From positions 78,373-142,372 of the forward strand of contig JBHLRZ010000004.1 of the NCBI GenBank assembly GCA_048882045.1: a DNA stretch of 64,000 nt, read 5' to 3'. Positions 47,330 to 57,154 of the stretch are shown in pieces. The notes under the pieces are model-generated. The model saw only the letters and a list, made by a program, of their open reading frames with translations, had not been told where the DNA came from and searched no databases. This DNA is from Candidatus Thorarchaeota archaeon. GTDB lineage: Archaea; Asgardarchaeota; Thorarchaeia; Thorarchaeales; Thorarchaeaceae. The stretch's first letter is position 1; each line of letters starts with the position of its first letter. The position numbers were made by a program, and so were the translations under genes.

Positions 47330-48169
47330 CTACTGGAGTTCTACAGTAAGTGAGTTATACTCACCAGGAGTATACGCGATCCGAACAGAGATTTCATCTC
47401 CATTCTTCACATTTACAGATGGGTCCAATGGCAGGAACAGCTGTTTCCACCCATCCTCCATTTTCAAGATGATGTTCTCATGCAAAATTGACTCAAAGAA
47501 ACCAACAAAACCATGGATGGTTCCATCTTCTACTATTCTGAAGTCGAGAACTTCATCAATCACCTTGGTGGTTGATGACTCTGCGAAATTCAATTCCTTC
47601 AAGATTTTTGCATCTGCTAGGTCTCTTGATGCTTCCGGACTTACAGTCTGTACGACACTCGGGAATCGCAAATCGATAACAGAGAAGCGATCCGTCATCA
47701 GCTGACTCTCAACTGGAACAATGCATATCGTCGCAGATTGAGGAATGAGAAGTCCGCTCTTTTTCATCACATATCTAGTTGCATGATTACATGCTGCCAC
47801 CTGTTGTTCAATAAGCATGATAGATGATAACATCTCACAGATGACCAAGTCTGCTTTCTCTTCACCAACAAATTCTGAGAAATGACACTCCACAAAATCA
47901 GTTCGATCTCCAACTCCGTTCATGACAGCAGCCTTGCGAGCGTAGCTAATCGATTCTCTGCTTATATCTATCCCTGTAACTTTGCGAGCTCCCGCTTTTG
48001 CTGCCATGATTGCTAAAACACCAGAACCTGTTCCTATGTCAACAACATAATCATCGCTCTTCACAATCCTTTGAATTGCGTTCTGGAACTTGGCAAGTCT
48101 TGTCTTCTGCCCAAGCAACGTTGCAGCATGGAGCATTGTGAATGGGGTTGCATATTCTTGGTCTTTCAT
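47330..48169 (-). CDS. class I SAM methyltransferase of protein-arginine methyltransferase (PRMT) type
   Basis: VVDIGTGSGVLAIMAAKAGA, double-E loop CEMLSSIMLIE, LIP, GTIHGFVGFF, GWKQ. Confidence 0.8.
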   Translation of the reverse strand: MKDQEYATPFTMLHAATLLGQKTRLAKFQNAIQRIVKSDDYVVDIGTGSGVLAIMAAKAGARKVTGIDISRESISYARKAAVMNGVGDRTDFVECHFSEFVGEEKADLVICEMLSSIMLIEQQVAACNHATRYVMKKSGLLIPQSATICIVPVESQLMTDRFSVIDLRFPSVVQTVSPEASRDLADAKILKELNFAESSTTKVIDEVLDFRIVEDGTIHGFVGFFESILHENIILKMEDGWKQLFLPLDPSVNVKNGDEISVRIAYTPGEYNSLTVELQ

Positions 48170-48243
48170 CAAATTTTGCCATAACGAATCTTACTTATAA
48201 TACAACTGAGAGCGACCTGTTACCAAGTAAGGCTGGAATTGGC

Positions 48244-49404
48244 GTGTCTGAAGATCCCATCGATTCAGCAATGCGGGCTCTCGAAGAGGGCCGTCCTCAG
48301 GACGCTATAGACATTCTCGAGCCAATCGTCAACAACGACGATGAAGACGTTGACGCACTAGTCTGTCTTGGTATGGCATATGTTCAATCCGAAAACCCTG
48401 AGAAAGCAGTGACTGTTCTTGAACAGGCTGAGGAATTAGTGGAACAACACTATGTTGTCGAGCTCTTTTTAGGTCGGGCTCTCTGGGCTCTTGGAAAGTT
48501 GTCTGATGCAGAGGATAGAATCCGTGAAGCACTCAGACTCGATTCATCTGAACCCGAGGTCTGGCTTGACCTTGGTCGAATAATGTATAGAAACAATCAG
48601 TACAAAGAAGCCATGAAACATCTTGAAAAAGCTCTAAACAGATTTCCAGATGATCTTGGAATTCGGGGACTTTACGCTCTGACACTCTATCGTCTGGGAG
48701 ATTTCACTGCTGCTACTGATGAATGGGGGATTGTTCACAGATTGAACCCGGAACTGATGGCAGCCATCTCCAACTATGCATATCTCTTACTACTACAAAA
48801 CCGCTCATATGAAGCATCTCCCTTCGTTGGACGTGCAAATACTGTTGATCCTAATGACTATCGTTCATTGATACTTCTCGGAGAGCTTCGTTTACAATCT
48901 GAGGAATACGAAGGTGCAATCGATTGCTTCAACAAAGTCTTAGATCAAGATCCCAGTAACATTGAGGCACTCTCGAGACTTGCTTATCTCGCCCATGTTG
49001 CAGGCGAAGAGAGTAAACTCAGTATCTTCTTAACCCGAGCTGAAGCTGAGTTGGGGAGGGACCCAGAATCTTGGAGAGGCATGTGTCAGCTCTATTCTCT
49101 TCTGGGCATGGATGATGACTACATCGATTGTCTTGCTCGTTGGACTCAGGCGGACAAAGGAACCGCTGCACCATGGGTCTTGCTGGCTAAAGAATATGAC
49201 TGCATTGGTAAACTAGAACAGTCCAGAAATGCTTGGCGACGTGTGTTTGAACTTCGTGGTTATGTAAAGATCTATTGCTCCGGTTGCGAGGAAGAAATCA
49301 GGATTCCTTATGATCCAGTCAAGGGATTCGATGTGTATCAGGACATCCCATGTGGAAGATGCGGGACAACAATTATCATGCCCATAGGTCTAGCAGTAAC
49401 ATAA
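48244..49404 (+). CDS. TPR-repeat protein with C-terminal zinc ribbon
   Basis: Many TPRs, then CSGC...CGRC; GTG 48244 avoids overlap with the divergent gene. Confidence 0.85.
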   Translation: MSEDPIDSAMRALEEGRPQDAIDILEPIVNNDDEDVDALVCLGMAYVQSENPEKAVTVLEQAEELVEQHYVVELFLGRALWALGKLSDAEDRIREALRLDSSEPEVWLDLGRIMYRNNQYKEAMKHLEKALNRFPDDLGIRGLYALTLYRLGDFTAATDEWGIVHRLNPELMAAISNYAYLLLLQNRSYEASPFVGRANTVDPNDYRSLILLGELRLQSEEYEGAIDCFNKVLDQDPSNIEALSRLAYLAHVAGEESKLSIFLTRAEAELGRDPESWRGMCQLYSLLGMDDDYIDCLARWTQADKGTAAPWVLLAKEYDCIGKLEQSRNAWRRVFELRGYVKIYCSGCEEEIRIPYDPVKGFDVYQDIPCGRCGTTIIMPIGLAVT

Positions 49405-49856
49405 TGAATGAACGAAAATACCCTCGTTTTCCTATCCCTGGAGTCGGCGCAATAGTTGTAGGTTCTAAGGGCATTCTATTGGTGAGAAGAGACAAAGATC
49501 CAGGGAAGGGTCTCTGGAGTATTCCTGGAGGAGGTGTTGAGATTGGCGAAACTCAGGAAGAATCCATTGTGAGAGAAGTGGAAGAGGAAACTGGTGTGAA
49601 GTGCGAGATTATCTCTCTGATTAGCACAGCAGACCTTATCACACCCGATGAATCTGGACGCATTGAGTTCCACTATCTCCTAAACCACTATCTGGCTCGA
49701 GCACTGACTGAACAAACCACACCTGAAATACCAGAAGCTGAAGTGGGATGGTTTCATCCTGATGCCCTCCCAGATGATATGGCGAGCTCTAGAATCACCG
49801 ATTTGATACTTTCTGTAAAAGACCGAGTCGAGAAACTCATTTCTGAGTATACTTAG
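49404..49856 (+). CDS. Nudix hydrolase
   Basis: Nudix box GGGVEIGETQEESIVREVEEETG; start overlaps the upstream stop (TAATG). Confidence 0.93.
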   Translation: MNERKYPRFPIPGVGAIVVGSKGILLVRRDKDPGKGLWSIPGGGVEIGETQEESIVREVEEETGVKCEIISLISTADLITPDESGRIEFHYLLNHYLARALTEQTTPEIPEAEVGWFHPDALPDDMASSRITDLILSVKDRVEKLISEYT

Positions 49857-49929
49857 ATGTATCATGAAGAAGCCAAGAAATATAAAAGCTCCCGAATACA
49901 CTGAGAGATAACTTCTGACCAAAGGATGT

Positions 49930-50406
49930 ATGTTTACAATGTTCAGAACTATAATGGCACTCGTTATTGCGTTAGTGGCTGCAGTTTTGATTGGAGCCTT
50001 TCAAATTGTAGGACTCGATCTCGCAGGTATTCAAGCTATCATTGGTAGTGGCGACATTACTGGTGACCTTATGAGTTATGGCGCAACCCTCTTCGGTGTT
50101 TTGCTATTTCCATACACTGCTGCAACAGCGGCGACACCAATATACTCCCCGCTTGTGGCACTTGGTGTAGCTGGTTTCATTGCCGGTCTGATTTCCAAGA
50201 GCGGTGTTCGAATGCTGTTTGTGTCCATTTTTGCAATGGTACTCTTCTTCCTAGGTTTCTACATCTTGACTTATGCTGGAGACCCAACCAACTTCACTGA
50301 GATGTTTAACATCGCAAGAAATATGGTAATTGACATTGGAGTTGCATTCGGTCTACTGTTCATACCAGGTATCATTGGAGCTTCACTAACGTCTGAGGAC
50401 TACTGA
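49930..50406 (+). CDS. multi-TM membrane protein
   Basis: About 5 Gly-rich hydrophobic helices. Confidence 0.75.
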   Translation: MFTMFRTIMALVIALVAAVLIGAFQIVGLDLAGIQAIIGSGDITGDLMSYGATLFGVLLFPYTAATAATPIYSPLVALGVAGFIAGLISKSGVRMLFVSIFAMVLFFLGFYILTYAGDPTNFTEMFNIARNMVIDIGVAFGLLFIPGIIGASLTSEDY

Positions 50407-50424
50407 GTTCTCAATACTTAATCT

Positions 50425-50456
50425 GGGGGCATCAATGCCCCCGACGACCTTTTTTC
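50425..50456 (+). terminator. GC hairpin plus T-tract
   Basis: GGGGGCAT-CA-ATGCCCCC then CCTTTTTTC. Confidence 0.6.
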
Positions 50457-51949
50457 TAATCCTTTCCAAGGCACTCTGCAAATCTAGATGATGCGAGTGA
50501 AAGAAACTCCTCAAGCTGTTCTTTTTGAATGAATGCTCCAGCAGCCATTGGATGTCCTCCAGCTTCCGCGATGAGTCTATCATATTGGCTGTTCAGCTGG
50601 TCTGCAACCTCCACAAAGACTTCTTTGAGGTTTACTCCTCTCTCTACAAGCGATTTGTGAGCCCTCCCTGACAATTTGACCAGGGGGCTGTCATCAGTTG
50701 TGTTTGTACTAATTCCAATTATCGGTCTGTCTATCGGTACTATCATCGATCCTTGAGCCATACCTATGACGATACCGATGATTGTGTCTGGAGTTTCAGG
50801 GTCATTGACAATATACATCCCTTCTCTCTCCTCATAGTGATCAATTTCTAATCGTCTTAATGCCATCGCGAGATTGGTTCTATGTTGATTAAGTAGGTTT
50901 AATCCCTCCCTGAACGCATCCGGGTCATTCATGCATATTCTGACTCCTACCTCTGGACGTTTGTTTCGTCCACATGCATTCAATAGGGTTGAGAATTCCT
51001 TGGCACTGCGCATTTCTGTCTTAGGAGGTCTGTTTGGTAGTACAATTACATCTCCAATTATACCTTGAGCAATTCCTGGATCCGTATAGTTCTCTAGAAC
51101 AATTTCGATGATTCCTTGGATGATTCTCTGTTTCTCCTCGGGTTCTAGATCTACCCAGGTTCTCCATTCGTCATTGGACTTCAGTTCGATATTTCGTTCC
51201 TGTAGGAATGAGTAGCATGCATCCTCAGCTCCGGTTAATCCTGGGAGATACGGATCAGTTGCATATTGTAGTAGATATGGAAGTGGTCTCGTATGAATGC
51301 CAAAGAACGTAAGGTCTCGAACCACAGTTAGATATCCTGAGGCCTCACCAAGTTGAGCAATTTCTTTGTTGAGCCCCACGAAGCCCTTACCATAGTAATC
51401 TTGGAGGTCACCTGTCGCACCGACTATGGCTAGTTCAGACAAATCGATATTACGCTCTGAAATGAAATAGGCAAGAAGGAATGCAGTACCTGAACCTGAA
51501 ATGTCGTAACTCCCACTCAATCCATGCTGAGTTGGATTGATCTCCACAATCCCTTCGACTGGCGTATAGCTGTGATTTGACTCCTCATCAGGAGGAAGAT
51601 GATGGTCTAGAATGATTATTTCACAAAGACCTTCAATCCCCTTGATGTGACTCTTTACCAGTTCAATCTGACCGGTTCCAAAGTCAGTGAAAATCACTAG
51701 GTCTGGTTTGTATTTCTGAATTTCCTCTTCAATCTGAATAATAGACTCTGAATTAATCTGATGGATATTCTTCCACTCGAAATCCTTGCCCTCGCGTTCC
51801 AGTATCTGTACTATGATCGCTAGTGCTGATATACCATCAGCATCAATGTGTGAAAAGGCATAGACTCTTTCCGATTTCTTTATGATTCTTGATGCCTCAC
51901 CAAGCAATTCTCCCATCTTTTCCGGAATTGACTCAAGTAGACTTTCCAT
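50456..51949 (-). CDS. archaeal RecJ-like DHH/DHHA1 exonuclease (GAN/Cdc45 family)
   Basis: HIDADG, DFG, LDHH, GATGDLQ, EFSTLLNACGR, GGHPMAAG. Confidence 0.93.
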   Translation of the reverse strand: MESLLESIPEKMGELLGEASRIIKKSERVYAFSHIDADGISALAIIVQILEREGKDFEWKNIHQINSESIIQIEEEIQKYKPDLVIFTDFGTGQIELVKSHIKGIEGLCEIIILDHHLPPDEESNHSYTPVEGIVEINPTQHGLSGSYDISGSGTAFLLAYFISERNIDLSELAIVGATGDLQDYYGKGFVGLNKEIAQLGEASGYLTVVRDLTFFGIHTRPLPYLLQYATDPYLPGLTGAEDACYSFLQERNIELKSNDEWRTWVDLEPEEKQRIIQGIIEIVLENYTDPGIAQGIIGDVIVLPNRPPKTEMRSAKEFSTLLNACGRNKRPEVGVRICMNDPDAFREGLNLLNQHRTNLAMALRRLEIDHYEEREGMYIVNDPETPDTIIGIVIGMAQGSMIVPIDRPIIGISTNTTDDSPLVKLSGRAHKSLVERGVNLKEVFVEVADQLNSQYDRLIAEAGGHPMAAGAFIQKEQLEEFLSLASSRFAECLGKD

Positions 51950-52024
51950 TTTGCCCAATAGAATGTCCCGTTGGGCATAATATAAGTTGGCCTCTCTCTG
52001 ACAGCGAGTGAGCTGTTGGTAGTT

Positions 52025-52366
52025 CTACTCGGTCACCCTCATCGCTCTGGATATTGCGAGAAAGATAACAAGGAAAACGCTTGCTACAGCAGCAAGTACC
52101 CGAGCGACTTTTTGCCATCGTTTCAAGGGAATCTCAATCTCTCGGAGTTCGTTTGTAACCTTTTTGAGATACACACGCCTCTCGGTATAAAGTGCTTCTT
52201 GGTCGTCGATCTTGGAAGAATACTCACCCCAACTCTGATACAATGGCTCTTCTGGATTTGCTTCAATCCATTCAATGTAAGTTTCTAGAATTTCTTCCTT
52301 GTGTGGCGATGGAAAACCCTCAATTACCTCTCGTACTCGGATTTCCCAATCGTTATCTTTTGTCAT
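52025..52366 (-). CDS. tail-anchored hypothetical protein
   Basis: Soluble helical N-terminus and a single C-terminal TM preceded by KRWQK. Confidence 0.72.
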   Translation of the reverse strand: MTKDNDWEIRVREVIEGFPSPHKEEILETYIEWIEANPEEPLYQSWGEYSSKIDDQEALYTERRVYLKKVTNELREIEIPLKRWQKVARVLAAVASVFLVIFLAISRAMRVTE

Positions 52367-52531
52367 TGTCCATTATGCACCTCATTTTCCCGGCTTTGAG
52401 GACTAATAGGAGTCAATATCTTTGATTATAAATGTTGACTGTTGGGCGCGAAACACTGTTCGCAATATATCTTGCTCATTTTTTGCGTATAAGTCACACT
52501 GACCATGCAAGGATGAAGCGCCGAATGCGCA

Positions 52532-53053
52532 TTATCTCATCTTGGCGAGCTCTTTACTCCACTCTTTGATATCTCCACGGAGCTTTGAAAGGTCGCTTGG
52601 GCTGATAGTATCCACACGACCGTAAGTACGAAGTATTCTTGTCCATCGTTGCATTTTCACAATGAGGGAGCTGGCAACTCCCGCACCTTCAAGAATTCCT
52701 GCGGACTCACTAATCTTTTGCGCAAGATCACTTGCAATGACTCCTTCTCGAACTTGAGTTTCAAGAGTATCCAACACTGCTTGAAGAGATGACACTGCAC
52801 CTCGGTCAGACAGACTGGCAGCTGGTGCGGCTGTGGCTGCTAATACCCCTCCCTTACTCTTGATAATTTCCATCATCTCATCAAGACGTTCCGTGTTGGC
52901 ATTTACAGCAATAGTCAGCTCTGAAGTATTCTCTTGGACATCAGTGATTGCGGAGATGACTTCAATCATTCTATTAAGCATCTGTGTGAGTCTCTCAATA
53001 GCTCCATTGATCTCAGTGAGTTTGGCCCGGACATAGGTGTCTTCTTCGCTCAT
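52532..53053 (-). CDS. coiled-coil protein with a C-terminal helical bundle (possibly Vps28-CTD-like)
   Basis: Heptad repeats at about aa 8-65, Ala/Pro linker, amphipathic helices at about aa 86-173; GGAGAGG upstream. Confidence 0.75.
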   Translation of the reverse strand: MSEEDTYVRAKLTEINGAIERLTQMLNRMIEVISAITDVQENTSELTIAVNANTERLDEMMEIIKSKGGVLAATAAPAASLSDRGAVSSLQAVLDTLETQVREGVIASDLAQKISESAGILEGAGVASSLIVKMQRWTRILRTYGRVDTISPSDLSKLRGDIKEWSKELAKMR

Positions 53054-53224
53054 TGTATAGCCTCTCCATAAAGAGGGCGCCCATCAGGCACGTAATAGCT
53101 GTTCATCAAAGGAACCAAAGATTAAGCTTTCTGTGTTGTTTGGTTTGTCCTTAACAATGTGCATAACCTAATACTAATATTCTACGGAGAGAGGAATCTG
53201 CCCAGCTTTCGAGGTTTGAGTACA

Positions 53225-53575
53225 ATGTATGCAATTAACTACAAGGAACGAAAGGAAGAACCAGTAGAATTTGCTGGGAGTAAGAAGACATTCGTACGCT
53301 GGCTCATAGGTAGAAACACAGGCGCAAAGACATATGCCATGCGACATTTTGACATCAAACCCGGTGGTATCATTCCTCTACACAAACACGAGGAGGAACA
53401 TGAGATTTTTGTTCTTGAGGGTGAAGCAAAGGTTATTGGTGGGGAAGAGGGAGCAATAGCTAAGAAGGATGATGTTGTGTTTGTACCATCCAATCTCCCT
53501 CACGGTTATGATAATACAGAGGGTAAGATATCATTCCGATTCATCTGTGTCATTCCCTTACTCAAGAAGGAGTAG
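53225..53575 (+). CDS. cupin-domain protein
   Basis: PGG.IPLHKH.EEHE...VPSNLPHGY. Confidence 0.9.
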   Translation: MYAINYKERKEEPVEFAGSKKTFVRWLIGRNTGAKTYAMRHFDIKPGGIIPLHKHEEEHEIFVLEGEAKVIGGEEGAIAKKDDVVFVPSNLPHGYDNTEGKISFRFICVIPLLKKE

Positions 53576-53624
53576 GTAGTTTTTTCTTACTGTAGTACAG
53601 CCTCGAACACGGAAGCTGTTACTA

Positions 53625-54434
53625 ATGAATTTAGGAGAGAAGAAGCTCTGGATCTTCGATGTAGACAATACACTGATTCATGATGTCGAACATCCCACGC
53701 CATTTGATGACGCAGTCTCTCTGTGGAATGCATTGGAAAAGAAAGGTGTAGAAATAGCAATCCTAACAAACGTTGGTCGTCTCTCTGCTCGTCAGGTCAA
53801 CCAATCTCTTGAGACAGCAGGATTCAATGTCCCAACTGAGAAGGTATTCACTGCAGGTGCTGCTACGGCTGCGTATATCCATAACAGAAAACCAGGTGCC
53901 CGTTGCTTTGTGATTGGAGAAGGAGGAGCACAGGAGGACTTTGTTGCGCGTGGATTAGATGTTTCAAACAATCCCCCAATTGAATATGTTGCTGTTGGCG
54001 CAGATCGTGGAATGACATTCAAAGAACTGAACTTCGCTACAAAGATGGTCAAAGAAGGAGCAACCCTCCTCTGTATCAGTGGAAGTCGAGATTATCCTGG
54101 AGTCTACCTAGGAGATGAGGACACCTACATTGGTGAACGTTCCATTGTCGCAGCCATAGAACATGCAACGGGGGTCCAATCTGTTGTAGTTGGCAAACCA
54201 CTCCCAGAGATAGTTGTGGAAACAGTCAAAGCATTAGGGTTTGAAGTTGAGGATGCAGTCCTTGTTGGCGACAATCCAGCATCTGATATAGCAGGAGGTA
54301 ATGCCGCTAGACTGACAACGATACTAATACACCGTGACCCTGACAACATCGTTTCCTTCGATTCTGGAGATCTCGACACCAAACCTGACATTACAGTGCA
54401 ATCCCTTGAAGATGTCATTGAGATGTTGCAATGA
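53625..54434 (+). CDS. HAD-IIA (NagD-like) phosphatase
   Basis: FDVDNTL, LTN, GKP, VGDNPASDI. Confidence 0.92.
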   Translation: MNLGEKKLWIFDVDNTLIHDVEHPTPFDDAVSLWNALEKKGVEIAILTNVGRLSARQVNQSLETAGFNVPTEKVFTAGAATAAYIHNRKPGARCFVIGEGGAQEDFVARGLDVSNNPPIEYVAVGADRGMTFKELNFATKMVKEGATLLCISGSRDYPGVYLGDEDTYIGERSIVAAIEHATGVQSVVVGKPLPEIVVETVKALGFEVEDAVLVGDNPASDIAGGNAARLTTILIHRDPDNIVSFDSGDLDTKPDITVQSLEDVIEMLQ

Positions 54435-54444
54435 GGAATCTCGT

Positions 54445-55134
54445 ATGTTTCTGGATACTCCAAATCTACGCATTACGGTTGACAGACCTGGTCTGAGTAT
54501 AGGAATGGTTGTCTTAGAGGATCTCAAGGTGGGTAGTTCAAGTTCATCTTTCGAGTTATACGAGCAGGAAACCTTCGAAGAACTACGTTCGATGATGACA
54601 CTTGATGAAGTAAAGGACGACCCAATCTTTAGGTCGTATAGAGACCTCTATTGGACATTAGGAATGGACCCCACAAAATTAAGAGTTTCAAGCGAAGCTG
54701 TTCTTCGTCGAATATTGAAAGGGCAGAATCTCTGGAGGATTTCTGATGTTGTAGATATCATTAACCTCGCATCTGCGTATCACAAGATACCTATCAGCCT
54801 TATTGACATCTCCAAACTGAAAGGCAATTTGGTCGTTCGAACAGCGGAAAATGGCGAAGTTTTCCAGAGGATTGGTGGAAATAAAATCATATGCAGAGGT
54901 CGTGAAATCGTTATCGCAGATGATGAGAAGATTGTCTGCTTTGGATATGCAACTCATGATTCTGAACGTACAATGATCACTATGGACAGCAAGCGCGTTC
55001 TCATGCTTCTTCTTGGTTCACAGGCTGTAACTAGTCAAGTGATGGATAGCGCATTGCGAACTACCTTAGATATGATAGATGAATGGCTCGACTGCAAGGT
55101 GTCAGAACCAGTGACATTCCGATCAAAGGACTAG
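54445..55134 (+). CDS. stand-alone B3/4 (PheRS-beta editing-like) domain protein
   Basis: YRDLY..GMDPTK.R.SSEA.LRR, VDIINLAS. Confidence 0.88.
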   Translation: MFLDTPNLRITVDRPGLSIGMVVLEDLKVGSSSSSFELYEQETFEELRSMMTLDEVKDDPIFRSYRDLYWTLGMDPTKLRVSSEAVLRRILKGQNLWRISDVVDIINLASAYHKIPISLIDISKLKGNLVVRTAENGEVFQRIGGNKIICRGREIVIADDEKIVCFGYATHDSERTMITMDSKRVLMLLLGSQAVTSQVMDSALRTTLDMIDEWLDCKVSEPVTFRSKD

Positions 55135-57089
55135 AACTCTAGGAATGGCTGACCGAGGACTATCCTCTCAAGGATACTATTCTTGCTAGCGTTCTTGACC
55201 ATTTGCTCGAACTGATTCTTCAAGCGCTTCTCATCCACATAGTCCGGTTCCTTGACTCCCATGCTTTCTATCACTAATCCAAGCATGTACTCGAACTCAT
55301 AGACGAGGTACAAATCCTTCTTTCCTTTCTTCTCTAATTTGACCTTTTTAGCCAGTCCCTGTTTCAGAGCTTCACGAGTTTCGGTCAGGTAAGTGTACAT
55401 CGCCTTCTCGTAGTGGAGATCTCCTCTCTTCACCAGCTCTTGGAGGAAAGGAAGTCCGAAAGTCCTCCGGGCAATTGCTTCTATTCTAGCTACAAATCCA
55501 TTGATGATATCTTCGTACGACACCATTCCGGCCTGCCCACGGGTCGAAAACACCTTTTCATCATCTGCCGCACTCTTGAATTTCGCTTTCTTCGCTGCTA
55601 ATAATTTCTCACGTTCAAGACGAGCGGCTTCATCGGCTTTCTTCTTCTCCTCTTCCAGACGCTTTCGTTCAGCTTCAGTTTTTGCAGCCTCAAGCTTCTT
55701 CTGCCTCTCCAGTCTGGCTTTTTCTCGCTTCTCCTCTTCCTCTTTCTCCTTTGCGAGTCTTTGTGCTTCAAGTTCTTTCAGTATCTTCTCCTGCTCTACG
55801 CGTAGCTTCTGCATGTATTTCTGAACATCTCGTTCAGTGAGCGTGATATGCTGTGTCAGGAGCCATCTGACTCCAATATTGTTGACCTTTGGTTTCATGT
55901 CTGCTGATGAGAAGATGAAATTGGCTGTCTGCTGGCCTGGAAGTCGTGTGATTATTTCCTCGGATTCTTTCTCTCCTGCGATGGGTTCCAGTATTCGCTC
56001 CAGCACCTTGAGAGATTGTTCACTACTTATTCGCCCAGCTGATATTGTGTTGAATTGCTCAAAGGCCTTGTAGTCAATGTCCTTTGGACTCTGGGTAGCT
56101 ATAAGGCACTCGATTCCATACTTTCTTGCTTGCCTGAAGAGGAGTAGGAAGGTTTCCTTTGGACCAGGTGCTCTCATCCCTGCAGGTATGAAAGGCGCTG
56201 CCTCATCTTGGAATATCATCATTCGTGGTTTTTCAGTAAAGCCCTGTCTGAGCATCCATGAATAGAGCTGGTTCAAGACAATAGCTATGAAGAAGTGTTT
56301 CTCTTCTTCGCTCCTCAGAGTCTTGAGGAAGATCACATTGATTGGTGTCTTTCCATTGACCTTCTTTGTCAGATGATCAAAGTCGATGTTGCCTTCTTCT
56401 TTGAAGAGGAGTTGGGATGATCCGACTGTCAGACTCCTGATTCTAGTAGCCAATGTTTGCCTTTCGGAGAACTTCATGAAAGGCTCGAGGTCTACACCTA
56501 CCGTTTCTGGGTCAGCCACAAGCATGTCCGCTAATTCCGAGAGCTCATCAATCTCAGTCTTCTGAGCTTCCCAGATGGTCCTAAGCAGTTCGTAGACTGC
56601 AGCGAAGGCTTTACCTTCCCATGACCTAGATAATCCTGCTACTTTCATGAGAACCTTAACTAAGGTTCTCGCTGAATTATCTAAAAGACGAATGATGTCA
56701 TCCTGATCTGCATCTCTATCAGGTAGTTTCAATGGATTGATTGAAATCGCAAGACCCTTGCTGCTAGCCGGAGTGTAAACTCGGACAATGACATTATCCA
56801 TGTACTCCTTTAATCTCTCTGGAGGTACTCCTTTTGATGCAAGTTCTTTTGGATCTCCTGGGAGCATCAATGAAGCGATATCTCCTTGAGGATCGAAAGC
56901 TAGAACTGGAATCCCTTCCATAGCTGCCTCTTCCAAGATGCATTTCGATAAGACTGTCTTTCCAGATCCAGTTGAACCGAAGACTCCTCCATGTCGTCGG
57001 AGGAGGTCCACACTTATCTCGAACTTCTCTTCAGTCCTCTTCCCTTCTTCATCAAGCTTGAATCCAAGCCATAGCTTGTTATCTGCCAT
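55131..57089 (-). CDS. HerA/FtsK-superfamily ATPase (DUF87/DUF853-like) with a long charged helix
   Basis: RH..VFGSTGSGKT, DPQGD, IFQDEA, RQARKYG, ATQSPKDIDYK; E/K/R-rich segment after the ATPase. Confidence 0.88.
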   Translation of the reverse strand: MADNKLWLGFKLDEEGKRTEEKFEISVDLLRRHGGVFGSTGSGKTVLSKCILEEAAMEGIPVLAFDPQGDIASLMLPGDPKELASKGVPPERLKEYMDNVIVRVYTPASSKGLAISINPLKLPDRDADQDDIIRLLDNSARTLVKVLMKVAGLSRSWEGKAFAAVYELLRTIWEAQKTEIDELSELADMLVADPETVGVDLEPFMKFSERQTLATRIRSLTVGSSQLLFKEEGNIDFDHLTKKVNGKTPINVIFLKTLRSEEEKHFFIAIVLNQLYSWMLRQGFTEKPRMMIFQDEAAPFIPAGMRAPGPKETFLLLFRQARKYGIECLIATQSPKDIDYKAFEQFNTISAGRISSEQSLKVLERILEPIAGEKESEEIITRLPGQQTANFIFSSADMKPKVNNIGVRWLLTQHITLTERDVQKYMQKLRVEQEKILKELEAQRLAKEKEEEEKREKARLERQKKLEAAKTEAERKRLEEEKKKADEAARLEREKLLAAKKAKFKSAADDEKVFSTRGQAGMVSYEDIINGFVARIEAIARRTFGLPFLQELVKRGDLHYEKAMYTYLTETREALKQGLAKKVKLEKKGKKDLYLVYEFEYMLGLVIESMGVKEPDYVDEKRLKNQFEQMVKNASKNSILERIVLGQPFLEF

Positions 57090-57154
57090 GTCGAACACCA
57101 ATCACGATGGTATCTTCACTGAGGTTTTAAGAGCCTTTCCAGTATCACTCAAAA

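Noticed and set aside
52850-53053. SNARE-like heptads (AIERLTQMLNRM)
   Set aside because: The predicted zero layer is Ile rather than Gln/Arg and there is no TM anchor; treated as a generic coiled coil.
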